DNA of 64,000 bases from Octopus vulgaris (Eukaryota), in NCBI GenBank assembly GCA_951406725.2, contig OX597821.1:109740001-109804000 (forward strand), in the 5' to 3' direction. Both the position numbers and the translations under genes were made by a program. Shown here piece by piece: positions 1 to 12,582 of this stretch (the first letter of the stretch is position 1; each line of letters opens with the position of its first letter). Below the pieces are notes generated by a model that saw only the letters and a program-made list of their open reading frames with translations, did no database searches and was not told the origin of the DNA.

Positions 1-495
1 GGTGCGGTCTGCTACCAGGTCCACCCAGGATTTGATGTCTAAGTTGAGCGCCTTCATGTCCCTCCTTGTACCTTGCACTTCAGCTGCGGGTGGCCGTTGT
101 TCATCTGTCCTAGAGAATGTCTTTTGGAATTCGGCCATCCTCCAGACAGTGAACGTGGCCTAGCCAGCGTAGTCGACGTTGTCTCAGCAAGGCGTACATG
201 GATGAGAAGCCAGCACGAGCCAGGACGTCGGTGTTGGTCACCTTGTCCTGCCAGGAGATGCCGAGTATGCATCGTAGGCTGCTGAGATGGAAGCTGTTCA
301 CCTTTTTTCCTGACTGGCTTATGTGGTCTATGTCTCACTGCCATACAACAGGGTGCTGAGGATACAAGCATTGTACACAGCCTGCTTTGTTTTCACTGTC
401 AACTTTGGGTTTGTCAGCACTCTTGATGTGAGGCGCGCGAGCGTAGTGGCTGCTTTCCCAATTCTCTTGTCAATCTCGGCATCGATGACAAAGAA
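1..495 (-). mobile_element. RTE-clade LINE fragment (ORF2 region C-terminal to RT), frameshifted
   Basis: Minus-strand peptides DAEIDKRIGKAATTLARL..KLTVKTKQAVYNACILSTLLYGSET and FHLSSLRCILGISWQDKVTNTDVLARA..RQRRLRWLGHV..EDGRIPKDIL are typical of RTE ORF2; they lie in different frames. Confidence 0.9.
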
Positions 496-497
496 TG

Positions 498-1122
498 ATG
501 AGCGGAGAATCTGCATCAAATTTTACCAAAGGTTTGGCGATTCCTGCTCAGAGGCCTACGCTAAGTTTTCAAAAAGTTTTCATCGTTTTCGACAAAATCA
601 AGGTCTTTTGTAACTGAAACCTGCGTGTCTTTAGGTCAGCTGAAAGCAATTTTGGTACAAACTTGGAAGACACGCGTCTCGTACCCACATCTTGTGATAA
701 TGGACTGAACTGAACCGTAATTAATCTGCACATCCTCAGCTAACTCACGGATGGTGATTCGACGGTTTTCCCTCACAACTGCACGCACATCTGCGATGTA
801 TTTCTCAGTTCTACTGGACCGCGCGTACACTTGTGTGCGGCTGATACACTCCTCTCTATACACTCTCTTCGACATTGGGTAGTCCTCTGAGCACGTATCA
901 CCATGACAACTTTCTCTGTCAAGGTCAATGCGACGATCACACGCTACACACCTTCCTTATAAGCACTGCACTGCTGTAAACAGCGAAAGTGAGCTAGAAC
1001 GTGAAAACTAGGTGCACTTGCACAGCAGATTTCAAGGTCAGTCTGTGCCAAGCGGCTTCACACTGCATGCTTTAGCTTCGTTACTACGGCAACAGGCCGG
1101 ACATTTATTGATCAGACCTCTT
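498..1122 (-). mobile_element. Degenerate mariner transposon 5' part, with a short inverted copy of its N-terminus
   Basis: The minus ORF 636-875 (ISRTQVY..VRAVVRENRRITIRELAEDVQINYGSVQSII) is a mariner double HTH. A TIR-like end reads GAGGTCTGATCAATAAATGTCCGG on the minus strand at ~1097-1120. The plus-strand piece ERRICIKFYQRFGDSCSEAYAK at ~500-565 is a mariner N-terminus in the opposite orientation. Confidence 0.8.
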
Positions 1123-1168
1123 ATAAGAATGTGCGCGTTGTGTTATGACTTTGTTTATCGGCCTATGA

Positions 1169-1460
1169 AGGGTCGAATTAAGACCCACAGAGGCCTTAAG
1201 CATTTACAAATTTTGGTTTCCCTGTATGTATGTATGTAATTCAAAATAGAAGTAATAAATCGTGAAACAAATATTTTTATTTTACAAAATGAAATAAAAC
1301 TACCCGCAAGATAGAATATAATGTTTATTTTTGTATACTTCAAATTTATTCCTTTTTGAAAACTTTTCTACTATTTTTGATTGCAAAGTCTTTGATCCGA
1401 TCCTCACTATAACACCAAAGGCAGTACGTCTCCTTCGCTTTCAGCGTAATTTTAAAGTGA
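1169..1460 (+). mobile_element. Partial hAT-like MITE, related to 33984-34403
   Basis: Starts GGGTCGAATTAAGACCCACAGAGGCCTTAAGCA and is colinear with the copy at 33984 (shared TTTTGTATACTTC and TTGCAAAGTCTTT blocks). Confidence 0.6.
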
Positions 1461-2126
1461 TTACAGTTTCTGTTTCTAGCATGACGGTCGACCAGATAAA
1501 GGCTTCCTACCGAGTAATCTTGTAAGGAATGAGATGTAGAGGTTATTCGGGTATGAGAGAGAGTGAAGGATGACGATGATGCTATGAGTTGGCAGGTAGT
1601 CGGGTAGGAGGAGTTTCAGGGTGTCAGGGTTGATTGTAGTATCAGAGATAGTAATAGTGGAGGGTAGGAAGCGTGGTGATGGCGGCTCTTGTAGTGATGG
1701 TGGTGGTGGTGGTGGTAGTGGACGTTGTCGTCGTCGTCATGGCGGCGGTGTTGATGGTGGTGGGGTACATAGGGGTAGCCTGATGAATTTTTTTTTTTTT
1801 TGCAGTAGAGTTTGGGGTGTGGTTGCATATTTGCACTTGTGATTGTTCCGATATAGAGCGAGTCACAATTGTAGGGTGGTAGAAACAACAATAAATTAAA
1901 TAAAAGTAACCAAAAAAACAACAAAAATCACAGTAACAGAAACACACACACACACACAAACAAACAAACAGATAGGCCTCTTCCATGTAAATTTTTCTCA
2001 GTATATTTGCATGTATAGTCGTATGAATGTGTGAGTGTGTGTGTGTGTATGAGTGTGTGTGTGTGTGTGTATGTGTGTGAGTGTGTATGTGTATGTATAT
2101 GTGGATGTATGAGTGTGTGTATGCAT

Positions 2127-2295
2127 GTGTGTCTTTGTGTCTGTCCCCGAAACTTGGCGGTTTGGCACGAGGCACCGATAAAATAAGTATTAGGCTTAGA
2201 AAGAATAAGTCCTGGGGTTCATTTATTCGACTACAGGCGGTGCTCCAGCATGGCCACAGTCAAATGACTGAAACGTGTGAAAGAGTCAAAGAATA
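2127..2295 (+). mobile_element. SINE family A, 3' part
   Basis: Tail GGCGGTGCTCCAGCATGGCCACAGTCAAATGACTGAAAC plus AAAGAG repeats. Confidence 0.85.
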
Positions 2296-2307
2296 TCTAC
2301 CTATATA

Positions 2308-2334
<27 letters not shown>

Positions 2335-2346
<12 letters not shown>

Positions 2347-2844
2347 AATAAAATATATGCATATATATAAACATATATGTACGTACCTACCTCTACATGT
2401 ACATATACACGCATATATGTGTACAGGACACCAAAAAGACGTCGAACACATAGAGAGACGAAAAACATAGACACAAACCAAGGAACAAGACAGGCAAAAA
2501 AAAAAAAAAAAAAAAAAAAGAGATACAGGACAATAAGCACAATGAAAAATCCCCTTCTTCAGTCGCTAAAGTTTCATCTACTAAACGTTTCGAAGGATAA
2601 AAGCGAGACGTATACTTCGAAGAAAAATTCCTTCCTGCGAAAAGCAAATCAATTAAAATTCTGAGATCTTTTCGCAGAGGGGTAAAAAAAGCAAGACGGT
2701 AACGACAGTACAAACATATAAACAGTAAAAAATATATATATAAACAGTGGAAAAATAAATATATAACAGTGAGAGACAGGACAAGGAGAACAAGATAAGA
2801 AGGGCTGTTAACGCCAGACGAAAAAAGTATTGCAAACGCTGGAT

Positions 2845-2875
<31 letters not shown>

Positions 2876-2955
2876 AATCCAAACGGGAAACAAAAAAACA
2901 ACAACAATGGAACAATTACAGTATTATTATTAATAGGCGCTCAGGAAATGGAAGC

Positions 2956-2960
<5 letters not shown>
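2335..2960 (-). mobile_element. Non-coding Penelope/retrozyme-like repeat carrying a rearranged hammerhead
   Basis: The tail is nearly identical to 29083-29330 (TGTCCTGTAC..ATGTAGAGGTAGGTACGTAC). It is flanked by (TA)n and contains a hammerhead motif at 2545-2640. Confidence 0.7.
2545..2640 (-). ncRNA. Rearranged (non-circularly permuted) hammerhead ribozyme, copy 1
   Basis: Minus strand reads GAAGGA..ACGUC^UCGCU uuua UCCUUC GAA ACGU ..AGCGA CUGAAGA AGGGG. Stem III is ACGU/ACGU, stem I is UCGCU/AGCGA, the triplet is GUC and the core is intact. Confidence 0.75.
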
Positions 2961-3023
<63 letters not shown>

Positions 3024-3308
3024 GTACTTATGTATACATATATGTGTGTGTATATGTATATATGCATTTATTTATATATTATTTATATTATTATATGATC
3101 GAACGCCACACATCCTTTTCCAAGTAAGTTTTATATTTAAATGTATATGATTATTCTATAATTTTGTTTCTTTTCATTTGTCTTGCTCGCTTACGTTCTA
3201 GCGTTTGCTAAACGTTCTTGAGAACATTCCTTTCTTAGTGGTAAGACCATAGCGAATCTACTTCCAGCATAAGGGTGGTCCACAGAGTGGTCATCCCTCC
3301 TATATGCG

Positions 3309-3519
<211 letters not shown>

Positions 3520-3644
3520 AGGGAGGTTCAGCGTATACATGTATATATACGACGGGGTTTTTTCAGTTACCGTCTACCAAGTTCACTCACAAGGTGGCCC
3601 TTTGAAACAATAGTTACAAATCATTTTTGCCAGCTGACTCGACT

Positions 3645-3745
3645 GAAGGAACGTGAAGTAAAGTGTCTTGCTCAAGGACACAGCTCACTGCCGGGAATCG
3701 AACTCATGACTTTTCTCTCATTACACTAACCACTAAGTCACGCGC
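3645..3745 (-). mobile_element. tRNA-derived SINE head fragment (different family)
   Basis: Minus strand has a B-box GAGTTCGATTCC and a TGTCCTTGAGCAAGACACTTTA core-like motif. Confidence 0.6.
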
Positions 3746-4801
3746 ATTCTTTCGCTATGAACCCATTGTCTGTCGTGAGCGCCATTTATGGATCTGCTAA
3801 ATGCACTCTCACAACCGGTTGTTCGTTGTATTTAAAGTTAGTTACTTATGTACATTATATTTGCAGAGGTGTGTTTAACAATATTAAGTTAATGTTTGTC
3901 ATTTAATAATTAATCTAACAATTAATTTAACAATTAGTTCTGGCTAATTCTAGAGGACATTTTATGTCATAAATCGCAGTTTTCGAACTACAAAAATATT
4001 GACTGTTTTGAAAAGATTTTTTGCCCCCCTTTTTTTTTTTTTTTGCATTTCTCATCTATGTCATTCATTGATATTTCATACACGTTCGCATTTGATACTA
4101 TAGCTTCAAAAAAACTAAAATGTTTATTCATGTAATTGAAAAGAAAAGGATAAATATGCATTTTTTCAGCGATCCCCATTTGGGGCTTTTCGAAAAATCT
4201 ATCATAATTTCCACAATAATTCACATATGATCAAAATTTAAATACTATATATTATTTCAACTCCTAAGACACCTGGCAAAGCCAGAAAATACGAATGAGA
4301 AAATTTGGCAGTTAATGAGTAAAGTAATAATATATAATATGAAATTATTGGGTTATTGAGGACATGCTCGCCCATATAAGAGAATGCAAGTAAAAGAATT
4401 CTGTTATAAATCTCCGTGAAACATAAGAGGAACAGACCGAACATGGAATGATCTGAAACAGAAAAAGGAATGTGAGAATTCTAGTAAAAGTCAGTTGTCA
4501 AGCAACCGCTCATAGAATGTAAAAGATAAGGGGTAAAAATAAACATCTGTACCGAACTAATCATAAGAAATCTACATTAAACTACGCACGGGTTATAATT
4601 GCGGATTTGTAAAAGTAATTATAAGGGCGTATTATTGTGCAGCTAACTGCTTCGGTTCTAATACAGAGACGATGGTTTTCACAAAGTCAACAAGAAAACG
4701 GCTAATTAGGAAATTATAATTATAATTTCATAATAGTTTATATAATTACAAACGATCAGTGGAACTACTAAAATATCCGAAATATTTCAGAAATTGTACG
4801 A

Positions 4802-4878
<77 letters not shown>

Positions 4879-4890
4879 TACATACATATA

Positions 4891-5104
4891 CTCTTTACTC
4901 TCTTTTACTTGTTTCAGTCATTTGACTGCGGCCATGCTGGAGCACCGCCTTTAGTTGAGCAAATCGACCCCGGGACTTATTCTTTGTAAGCATAGTACTT
5001 ATTCTATCGGTCTCTTTTGCCGAACCGCTAAGTTACGGGGACATAAACACACCAGCATCGATTGTCAAGCAATGCTAGGGGGACAAACACAGACACACAA
5101 GCAT

Positions 5105-5147
<43 letters not shown>

Positions 5148-5318
5148 CATAAAAATGACGGGCTTCTTTCAGTTTCCGTCTGCCAAATCCACTTACAAGT
5201 CTTTGGTCGGCCTGAGGCCATAGTAGAAGACACTTGCCCAAGATGCCACGCAATGGGACTGAACCCAGAATCATGTCGTTGGTAAGCAAGCTACTTACCA
5301 CACAGCCACTCCTGCGCC
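4891..5318 (-). mobile_element. SINE family A, full length
   Basis: Head GGCGCAGGAGTGGCTGTGTGGTAAG (A-box) and GGGTTCAGTCCC (B-box), an internal (TA)n(TG)n tract, and a GTAAAAGAG tail. Confidence 0.92.
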
Positions 5319-5362
5319 TATACTTACAACCCAGCCACTCCTTCGCCTATATATATATATTT

Positions 5363-5462
5363 AATCTGCTTTGCGGGACGGACTGCTTTTACCAAGTCGC
5401 GTCTTGTCCCTACCTTCGAAACGCAGAGTAGATAAAACAGGGGACAACAGATGAAGGGATTG
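5363..5462 (+). ncRNA. Rearranged hammerhead ribozyme, copy 2 (core U4->A, probably inactive)
   Basis: Reads GCGUC^UUGUCCC ua CCUUC GAA ACGC ..GGGACAA CAGAUGA AGGG. Stem III is ACGC/GCGU and stem I has 7 bp. It lies in a repeat remnant spanning 5361-5650. Confidence 0.7.
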
Positions 5463-5807
5463 TTCTTTATGTTGCACGTCTCGTTTCTCTATTAGTTTCT
5501 TTCGTTGTTCGAAAAAAGATTTGTTGTCTTTTTTTATGTTCTCGTTTCTCATTTTGTTCATGTTGTTATGATGTCCTGTACTCATATATGCATGTATATA
5601 CATATATATATATGTAGGTATGACTATACATACACGCATGCGTACATAAACATGCATGTAGCTATGCAATTATCTATTAATATATGCACACACGCACCCA
5701 GAATTCTCCTCTTACAGATACAACACATAGACGCAAACATACACACACACACAAATACACATAAGATTAGCAATTCTGAGGGGATGGGCAACTCGATATA
5801 TCTATCT

Positions 5808-5857
<50 letters not shown>

Positions 5858-5878
5858 GTATATAGATATATATGCATG

Positions 5879-5930
<52 letters not shown>

Positions 5931-5934
5931 TTGG

Positions 5935-6337
5935 GACAGAGAGGGTAGACGTTTTTGAAAAGTCTATTACTCAGCCCCAGTGGGGGGAACACATGTTCGA
6001 CAGGTACCATTCGTTCTGTGGTATCTTAGAATTTCTTTTTCTTTTCAGGTAAAGCCATGGCACCGTGGACGATAGAGCATCGCGTGTTTGCCTACGACAG
6101 TCATGTGAAACAGTTCAGCGTGAGTTTTGGTGCCACTTCAACATTCGCCAAAATCAGGCTGTTCCCCCGCGTAACACAATCTTACGTTGGATGAATGCAC
6201 TTCGTACACGATGTACTCTGATGAATAGGAGACTGGTGGGGGAGCCATGCACTGTGCGGACCCCAGAAAATTTGGCACGCATCAGACAAGCTTTGATACG
6301 GAGTCCGAATCGCTCTGCGATGTGACACTCCACTGAA
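5935..6337 (+). mobile_element. Tc1/mariner-superfamily transposase 5' fragment (DUF4817-type HTH), truncated by a SINE
   Basis: MAPWTIEHRVFAYDS (frameshift) VQREFWCHFNIRQNQAVPPRNTILRWMNALRT..VRTPENLARIRQALIRSPNRS. Confidence 0.8.
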
Positions 6338-6582
6338 CCTGGCATCGGTAATCGAGCAATGTTGGGGGGACAAACACAGACAACCAAACATATACACACA
6401 CATATATATATACATATATACGACGGGCTTCTTTCAGTTTCCGTCTACCAAATCCACTCACAAGGCTTTGGTCGGCTCGAGGCTATAGTAGAAGATACTT
6501 GCCCAACGTGGCAGACAGTGGGACTGAACCAGGAACCATGTGGTTGGTAAGCAAGCTACTTACCACAGTGCCACTCCTACGC
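6338..6582 (-). mobile_element. SINE family A, 5' two-thirds
   Basis: Head and body match the other copies. Confidence 0.88.
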
Positions 6583-7187
6583 TTGAATATATATAGATAT
6601 AGATTCATAGATATTCGCATATAAACACAGATACATATATTTGTGTGGGCGCGTGTGTCCAAATAGGGTTATCTATATATAGAATGTGCTGTTTTGATTG
6701 TACTGAGCATGTGAAGGAGTGTTTGATTTTATCTGCTTAAGTATATTAATATGCATCTATATTTAGAATAACATTACTGTACTCTTATTCCCGCGCAGAC
6801 ACTATATATATTATATTTATATTATTATATTGAAGATGCGGTACTCTCTCCCTTTGCTTTAACCTCTTCAATCTTTCTCCCTCCCACTCCTCCTCTCTCT
6901 TCGCCGCGTGTCCCCCTCCTCCTTCCCTCTTCCTTGCCTATAAAACAAAATTCCTTAACACGTGGTTCCCACTTTTGAAAAGACTCTTTTCTATTCTCTA
7001 GTTATTTTTCATCTGCGTTCTGAGGAATTAGCTGCCTTTATTTAAGAGAGTTCGTATTTGTGCTATTGTTGTTTGTGCTGATTGTTTTGAACAGTGCCCG
7101 TTGTATAACGGTAATTTTCGCCCTACGGGGCAGAAAATTTTGTATTGTATTACCTGTACTGTTATTACCTTCGAGGTAATTTTTGAA

Positions 7188-7874
7188 ATGGAATTCGACT
7201 TGACGTCGAAGGATGATTTTTCCCGTGATGGGAAAAAGTGCAACAAAGGAAACAGAAGTACCAAAACAGTCATTTTCGGCCGCGGTGGGCGGTGCCATGA
7301 TGGATGTGGAGTTTAAAATCGAACAATTGTTCGAATACAGGAACCTGGTGAAGGTGGAAGGAGGCGAAATCAGGCTTGTACCGCCGCAGGCAAAGGTACA
7401 AGAGATTAAGGAGAGAATAGTAATTTACAAAGTATACAGCTTCAAAGAGAAGAAGATAATGGACGTAAGGAATGAGATGGTCGAAAAGTGCCTGTCCCCG
7501 GTGTGGGACAAAATTCGTCATGTAGTCCGAGGTGCGCGTAGTGCTACGATTGAGGCACATTTTGACACAGCCGAGGTAGCGAGAGAGGTGTCGTCGTTGA
7601 CACTGAAAAACGACGACATCATGCTGCTACCCTCGTACATGGGGAAACGTACAGCAAAACTGCTGGTTGAGGACATACCCAGAGGGTACGACATTATGTG
7701 GGTAGCAGCAGCGGTCCTGCACAATATTGAACGGGAGATCTCGATACTGCAGATGAGAAAGAAAGAGGTGGTACGATGGAAGGGACAGACCCTGGAACTA
7801 CTCGTGCAGGCGGAAAATAAAATTTTAGAAAACCTGCCCGATAGAATTTTCAATGAAGACGGTACATCAATGAG
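7188..7874 (+). CDS. ORF1-like (Gag-like, RRM-type) protein of an L1/Tx1-type non-LTR retrotransposon; truncated by an assembly gap; probable +1 frameshift near the start
   Basis: About 220 open codons of complex, non-repetitive sequence, with an SFSAAV (S-Y/F-A-x-x-V) motif and alternating beta/alpha patterns (ATIEAHFDTAEVAREV, KLLVEDIPRG, LPDRI). Removing one T at 7217-7221 joins ATG 7188 to give MEFDLTSKDDFPVMGK. The family assignment is by eye only. Confidence 0.6.
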
Positions 7875-7974
7875 NNNNNNNNNNNNNNNNNNNNNNNNNN
7901 NNNNNNNNNNNNNNNNNNNNNNNNNNNNNNNNNNNNNNNNNNNNNNNNNNNNNNNNNNNNNNNNNNNNNNNNNN
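7875..7974. other. Assembly gap (100 N)
   Basis: Run of N. Confidence 1.
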
Positions 7975-8171
7975 CCGTACTTGTTTCCCTTGTATCGTCT
8001 GTCTGGATGCTTAGTTGTCCCTTTTTTGTATCACCTAACTGTTTGGATGTTTTGATTTCTTGTCCCATTTGTGTATGTGTGTGTATATATATATATATAC
8101 CAGAGTAAGCACATACATGCGAAACGAGATGAAAGAAATAGTACTCGAATACCAGAGGTAGAGTAATATGC

Positions 8172-8320
8172 TTTATTGAAAAGCAGCAGAAATATTGCAG
8201 AAACTGTTGCTCAGAGTTTCACGTCACGTTCGCGTTCGTCGGACAGAAAACTGTCCGACAAACGGGAAAGTGAAACTCTGAGCAACAGTTTTTGTAATAT
8301 TTCTGCTGCTTTTCAATAAA
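8172..8320. repeat. Fold-back inverted duplication of a hammerhead-bearing repeat
   Basis: Arms 8172-8246 and 8251-8320 surround an AAAA loop. Each arm carries CUGU CCGAC(G/A)A..GAAA CUCUGAG CA ACAG. Confidence 0.9.
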
Positions 8321-8374
8321 AATAGATAGATAGACTGATAGATAGATAAATAGATAGATAGATAGATAGATATA

Positions 8375-8530
8375 CGACGAGCTTCTTTCAGTTTCCGTCT
8401 ACCAAATTCATTCACAAGGTTTTGATCGGCCCGAGGCTATAGTAGAAGGCACTTATACAAGTTGCCACGCAGAGGGACTGAACCCGGGACGTGTGGTTGG
8501 GAAGCAAACTTTTTACCACATAGCCACGCC
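8375..8530 (-). mobile_element. SINE family A, head half
   Basis: Matches the family consensus seen elsewhere in the window. Confidence 0.85.
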
Positions 8531-8660
8531 TCACTTACACCTTTATGTGTGTGCAGATTCGCATTATTTATATACACGCATACACACGCACACACATATG
8601 TATATATGTATGCATATGTGTATGTGTGTGTGTGTTTGTGTGTATATTTGTGTATGTATT

Positions 8661-8880
8661 TTTATTCCTTTACTTGTTTCAGTCATTTGAATGCGGCCAT
8701 GCTAGAGCATCCCCTTTAGTCGAACATCTCGACACCAGGATATATTCTTTGTAAGCTTAGTACTTATTCTATTGGTTTCTTTTGTTGAACTACTATGTTA
8801 CAGGGACGTAAACACACGAACATCAGTTGTCAAGCAATAATGGAGGGACAAACACAGACACACACACAAATATACATATG

Positions 8881-8918
<38 letters not shown>

Positions 8919-9090
8919 TATGTATATATACAACGGGCTTCTTTCAGTTTCCGTCTACTAAATCCACTCACAAGGTTTCGATCGGCCCGAGGCCATAGTA
9001 GACGACACTCGCCCAACGTGCCACGCAGCGGGAACGAACCCGGAACCATGTGGTTGAGAAACAAGCGTCTTACCACAAAGCCACGCTTCC
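8661..9090 (-). mobile_element. SINE family A, full length, diverged
   Basis: Tail, internal microsatellite and head are all present. Confidence 0.88.
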
Positions 9091-10604
9091 TTTTCGGGAT
9101 TATCTCGAAGCACACGCATAAAGCTACAGATAATAGGAAGTAAATATTGGGTTGAAAAGAAAATTGGCGGGGGCGGGGGGGCGATAGGAAAGCAGGAAGG
9201 TTTGTAGTCGAGCCTCGAGATATTTCAGAAAACAAATTTGTTCGATCTCTCGAAAATTTAAAAATCGTCATGTCGTCAACATTATATAAAAGCATGTGCA
9301 TGAATGCCCGCGCGCGTGTGTGTGTATGTTTGCGCTCGCACGTGTGTGTGTGTTTGAATGTGGGTGTGGGTGGGTGTGTGTGTGTATGGGTGTCCTATTT
9401 GAAGATATATAAGGCGCACTTTTTTATATCTCGAAAATATGTCTCCAAAAACCACTCCAAGGTGCCAGGCATTGGAACTGAACCTAGAACCATGTGTTCG
9501 GGAAGCACACTTCTTTTCACACAGCCACAACTATGCAATGTTGCTTTAAATACTTTGATGCACTGAACCCTTTTTTTCCTAAATATGCGCTGCTGAAATT
9601 CGGGAGCGCCTAACACGCCGTTGTGTTCTTTTATGGCCATCACTTAAAAGTGTTTTTAAACTTAAGTTTTTCCAAATGTTATCCAGACAGCGAGACGCCA
9701 CCAGCTTCTCCTATCCAGCCAGGCGGTCCAAGAGTTTCCGACTGGAATTTCTATGCACTTTATGTATTTGATGTCGCTGGAAATTCAATACTATATTCAA
9801 CAACGTTATGTGACCCGCTTTGACCAACTCCGACTTCCTCTATCTCATCATTCGGCCACTTGTACAGGAAGATCAAGGTTCCTGTAACGAACTTTAAGTT
9901 GCGCGAAGCCGGATTAAACTCTTTTGAATAACGGAGAAAATGAAACAAACATGGGCGACTTGGATTTTTACTGCTGCTTCAGCAGAAATCTACGGATGCA
10001 CACACGCACAAAATGAAGTAAGTGTAACAAATATGGACGACTTGTTCCGAAACACCCTCAAATGGCGAACGGTCCTCGAAATCTACATAGTCCGAGGTAT
10101 ATTTGTAGAAAATTTCATTTAAAAATATCGATTTTCCTGAAAGTTAAGACGAATTGAAGTGGACGCTGGTGAATTTCTCGAAATTTCCCATCTCACTCCC
10201 TTCTAAAATACTTTCCCCAAAAAGTTTTGTATATTCTGAATCTACTTGATATAACACATATTTGTAGAACATTTCATTTAAAAATATTCATTTTTCTGAA
10301 AGATATGATCATCCAAAGTCTGGGTAGGGCAGGAATCTGTAGTTATGCCTTGAAATAAACTTCCACCAGTAAGCTCAATAACCAATGCATTACACACTCA
10401 ACAAATAAAACAAGCAGTAACACAACAAAAGACTGCAACACAACTCAAGAGAAGAAAATGAACATAGTACAGAACTGAGAAAAGTTTGTACACATCCAAA
10501 AGCAAAAAGGATCCCACAATGCTGCACACACCCCAGAAACACGGAGGGGTAGCAGGTTATGCTGTAGAAATTTGTCTCAACCTATCAAACATTAAACAGT
10601 TATA

Positions 10605-11010
<406 letters not shown>

Positions 11011-11044
11011 TGCCCTGGTGTCTATTATCGTTTCGGGGTCGATA

Positions 11045-11550
11045 AATGCCCAGGCAGTGGCTCTCAGGGCCTCTAATTTTAACTGATTGGAAGTGCTATC
11101 ATGCACATGCATTGTCTTGTATAAAAAGACGGGCTACTGCAAATATTCAACTCAATACTACTGATTTGCGTGTCATTTGTTTGACCTTAACAAGTTGGGC
11201 CTGCCCCTTAGTGGCTGATGGATATGTACATCTCTGATGAAGAGTAGAGGTCGTGGGGGAGCATCATAGCCATGCTGGGGTTTGGATAATTTACCTCTGG
11301 AAACATGGGCGTTTCGTTCAACATCCTTAAGCAAACCTTATTCAGAGACCATTCGAGCAGAATGTGCTACTCAACCTGAAGGAATTTCTAAGATGGCCCC
11401 ACCTGCAAGGTCATGCCTTGTTTATCTTGATATAAGATCACCATGTCACACGCAACTGGTTGTGATGCATGTGATGTACCCTTTGTACCCTGATGTACCC
11501 TTTGGGCTTCGTATACTCGTACCCCAGTGTTACTTTGATGGTATGCATTG
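11045..11550 (+). mobile_element. Unclassified ~520-bp dispersed repeat associated with (AAT)n, copy 1
   Basis: Colinear with the reverse complement of 53148-53685 (e.g. GGAAACATGGG..TTCGTTCAACATCCTTAA, TTGACCTTAAC). Confidence 0.8.
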
Positions 11551-11566
11551 CCATATATATCTATCT

Positions 11567-11608
<42 letters not shown>

Positions 11609-12295
11609 GCGCACACAGACGAACCTCACTCCTGAAGGAAATGTTCGGTGCCTCCATGCCTCAGCTTCAATATATTGATGTTTCATGTTTACGTCTTCAT
11701 CATTTTGTGTGTATTATTTCATCACTTACTCACCCCGTTTGTATAATGAGCATTATTACATCAACCACACATTCATTTCTGAAACAGCTGTAAAGACCCA
11801 GTGAGGAATATGCATACCATTTATTTGCTAATTCATTTTGTCTTCACATACACTCGTGTATTTGTGTGAACCTATAATGGTCATACTAACAAACTTACAG
11901 CTCGTATATGCGGTGGTCATATAATTAATTCTTTCAACTCAACCTCATTATCCTAATTTATTAATAGACTCCCTAATCATCCACAGAAATTCAATAGCAT
12001 ATACAAATTTTAGAGAAAACGCATAAAGCAGATCTACGATAAAACGACAGAAGGTAAAACATTAACAATAAAATAGAGCTTTTCTCCGTCTTTATATTCG
12101 CATTAATATAAATTTCCTGTTTAGACTAGTATTTTCTTTGATTAATCATAACTAATTAAGTAAAATAGGATAATAATCTACGATGATAAATTGAATCACC
12201 AGGCGTGGCTGCGTGGTAAAAATCTTGTTTCCCAACCACATGGTTCCGGGTTCAGTCCCAGTGTGTAGCAAATTGGGCTAGTATCTTCTACAGTA

Positions 12296-12474
12296 TTTAC
12301 ATTATTTACAATTGACGGATGTTTGTTTGCTGTCAACACAACGTTTCGACTGATATACCCTCCAGCCTTCATCAGCTATCTTGGGGAAATTTCGAACCTG
12401 GATTCTCATTCCTAAGGTATTTTTCGATGTTATCATTATTATTATCACCATCATCATCATCATCATCATCATCA

Positions 12475-12539
<65 letters not shown>

Positions 12540-12582
12540 ATTATTATTCAGGTCACTGCTTGGAATCGAACTCGGAATCTTC
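12296..12582 (-). mobile_element. SINE-like element: B-box head, (AAT)n/(GAT)n tract, tail with a type I hammerhead
   Basis: Minus strand has GAGTTCGATTCC (12562-12573), then the microsatellite, then CUGAUGA A GGCUGG..UCAGUC GAAACGUU at 12335-12380. Confidence 0.75.

Noticed and set aside
2551-2597. Reading the permuted motifs as ordinary type II hammerheads
   Set aside because: No NUH plus stem I can be formed downstream of GAAA; the pairing partners lie upstream in all five copies.
10095-10312. ~50-bp direct repeats (ATTTGTAGAA..TTCATTTAAAAATAT) as a regulatory array
   Set aside because: More likely internal repeats of a decayed DNA transposon; the ends could not be identified.
11282-11635. 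Conserved small protein (similar ORF at 53172-53435)
   Set aside because: The similarity reflects two copies of a dispersed repeat; the frames end differently and this ORF starts at TTG.
11630-11795. Hammerhead with a long stem II (CTGAAGG..GAAACAGCTGTA); similar decayed motifs at ~24838-24870, ~34657-34702 and ~51578-51622
   Set aside because: The core or stem I is too degenerate to call, though these are probably remnants of the same class.
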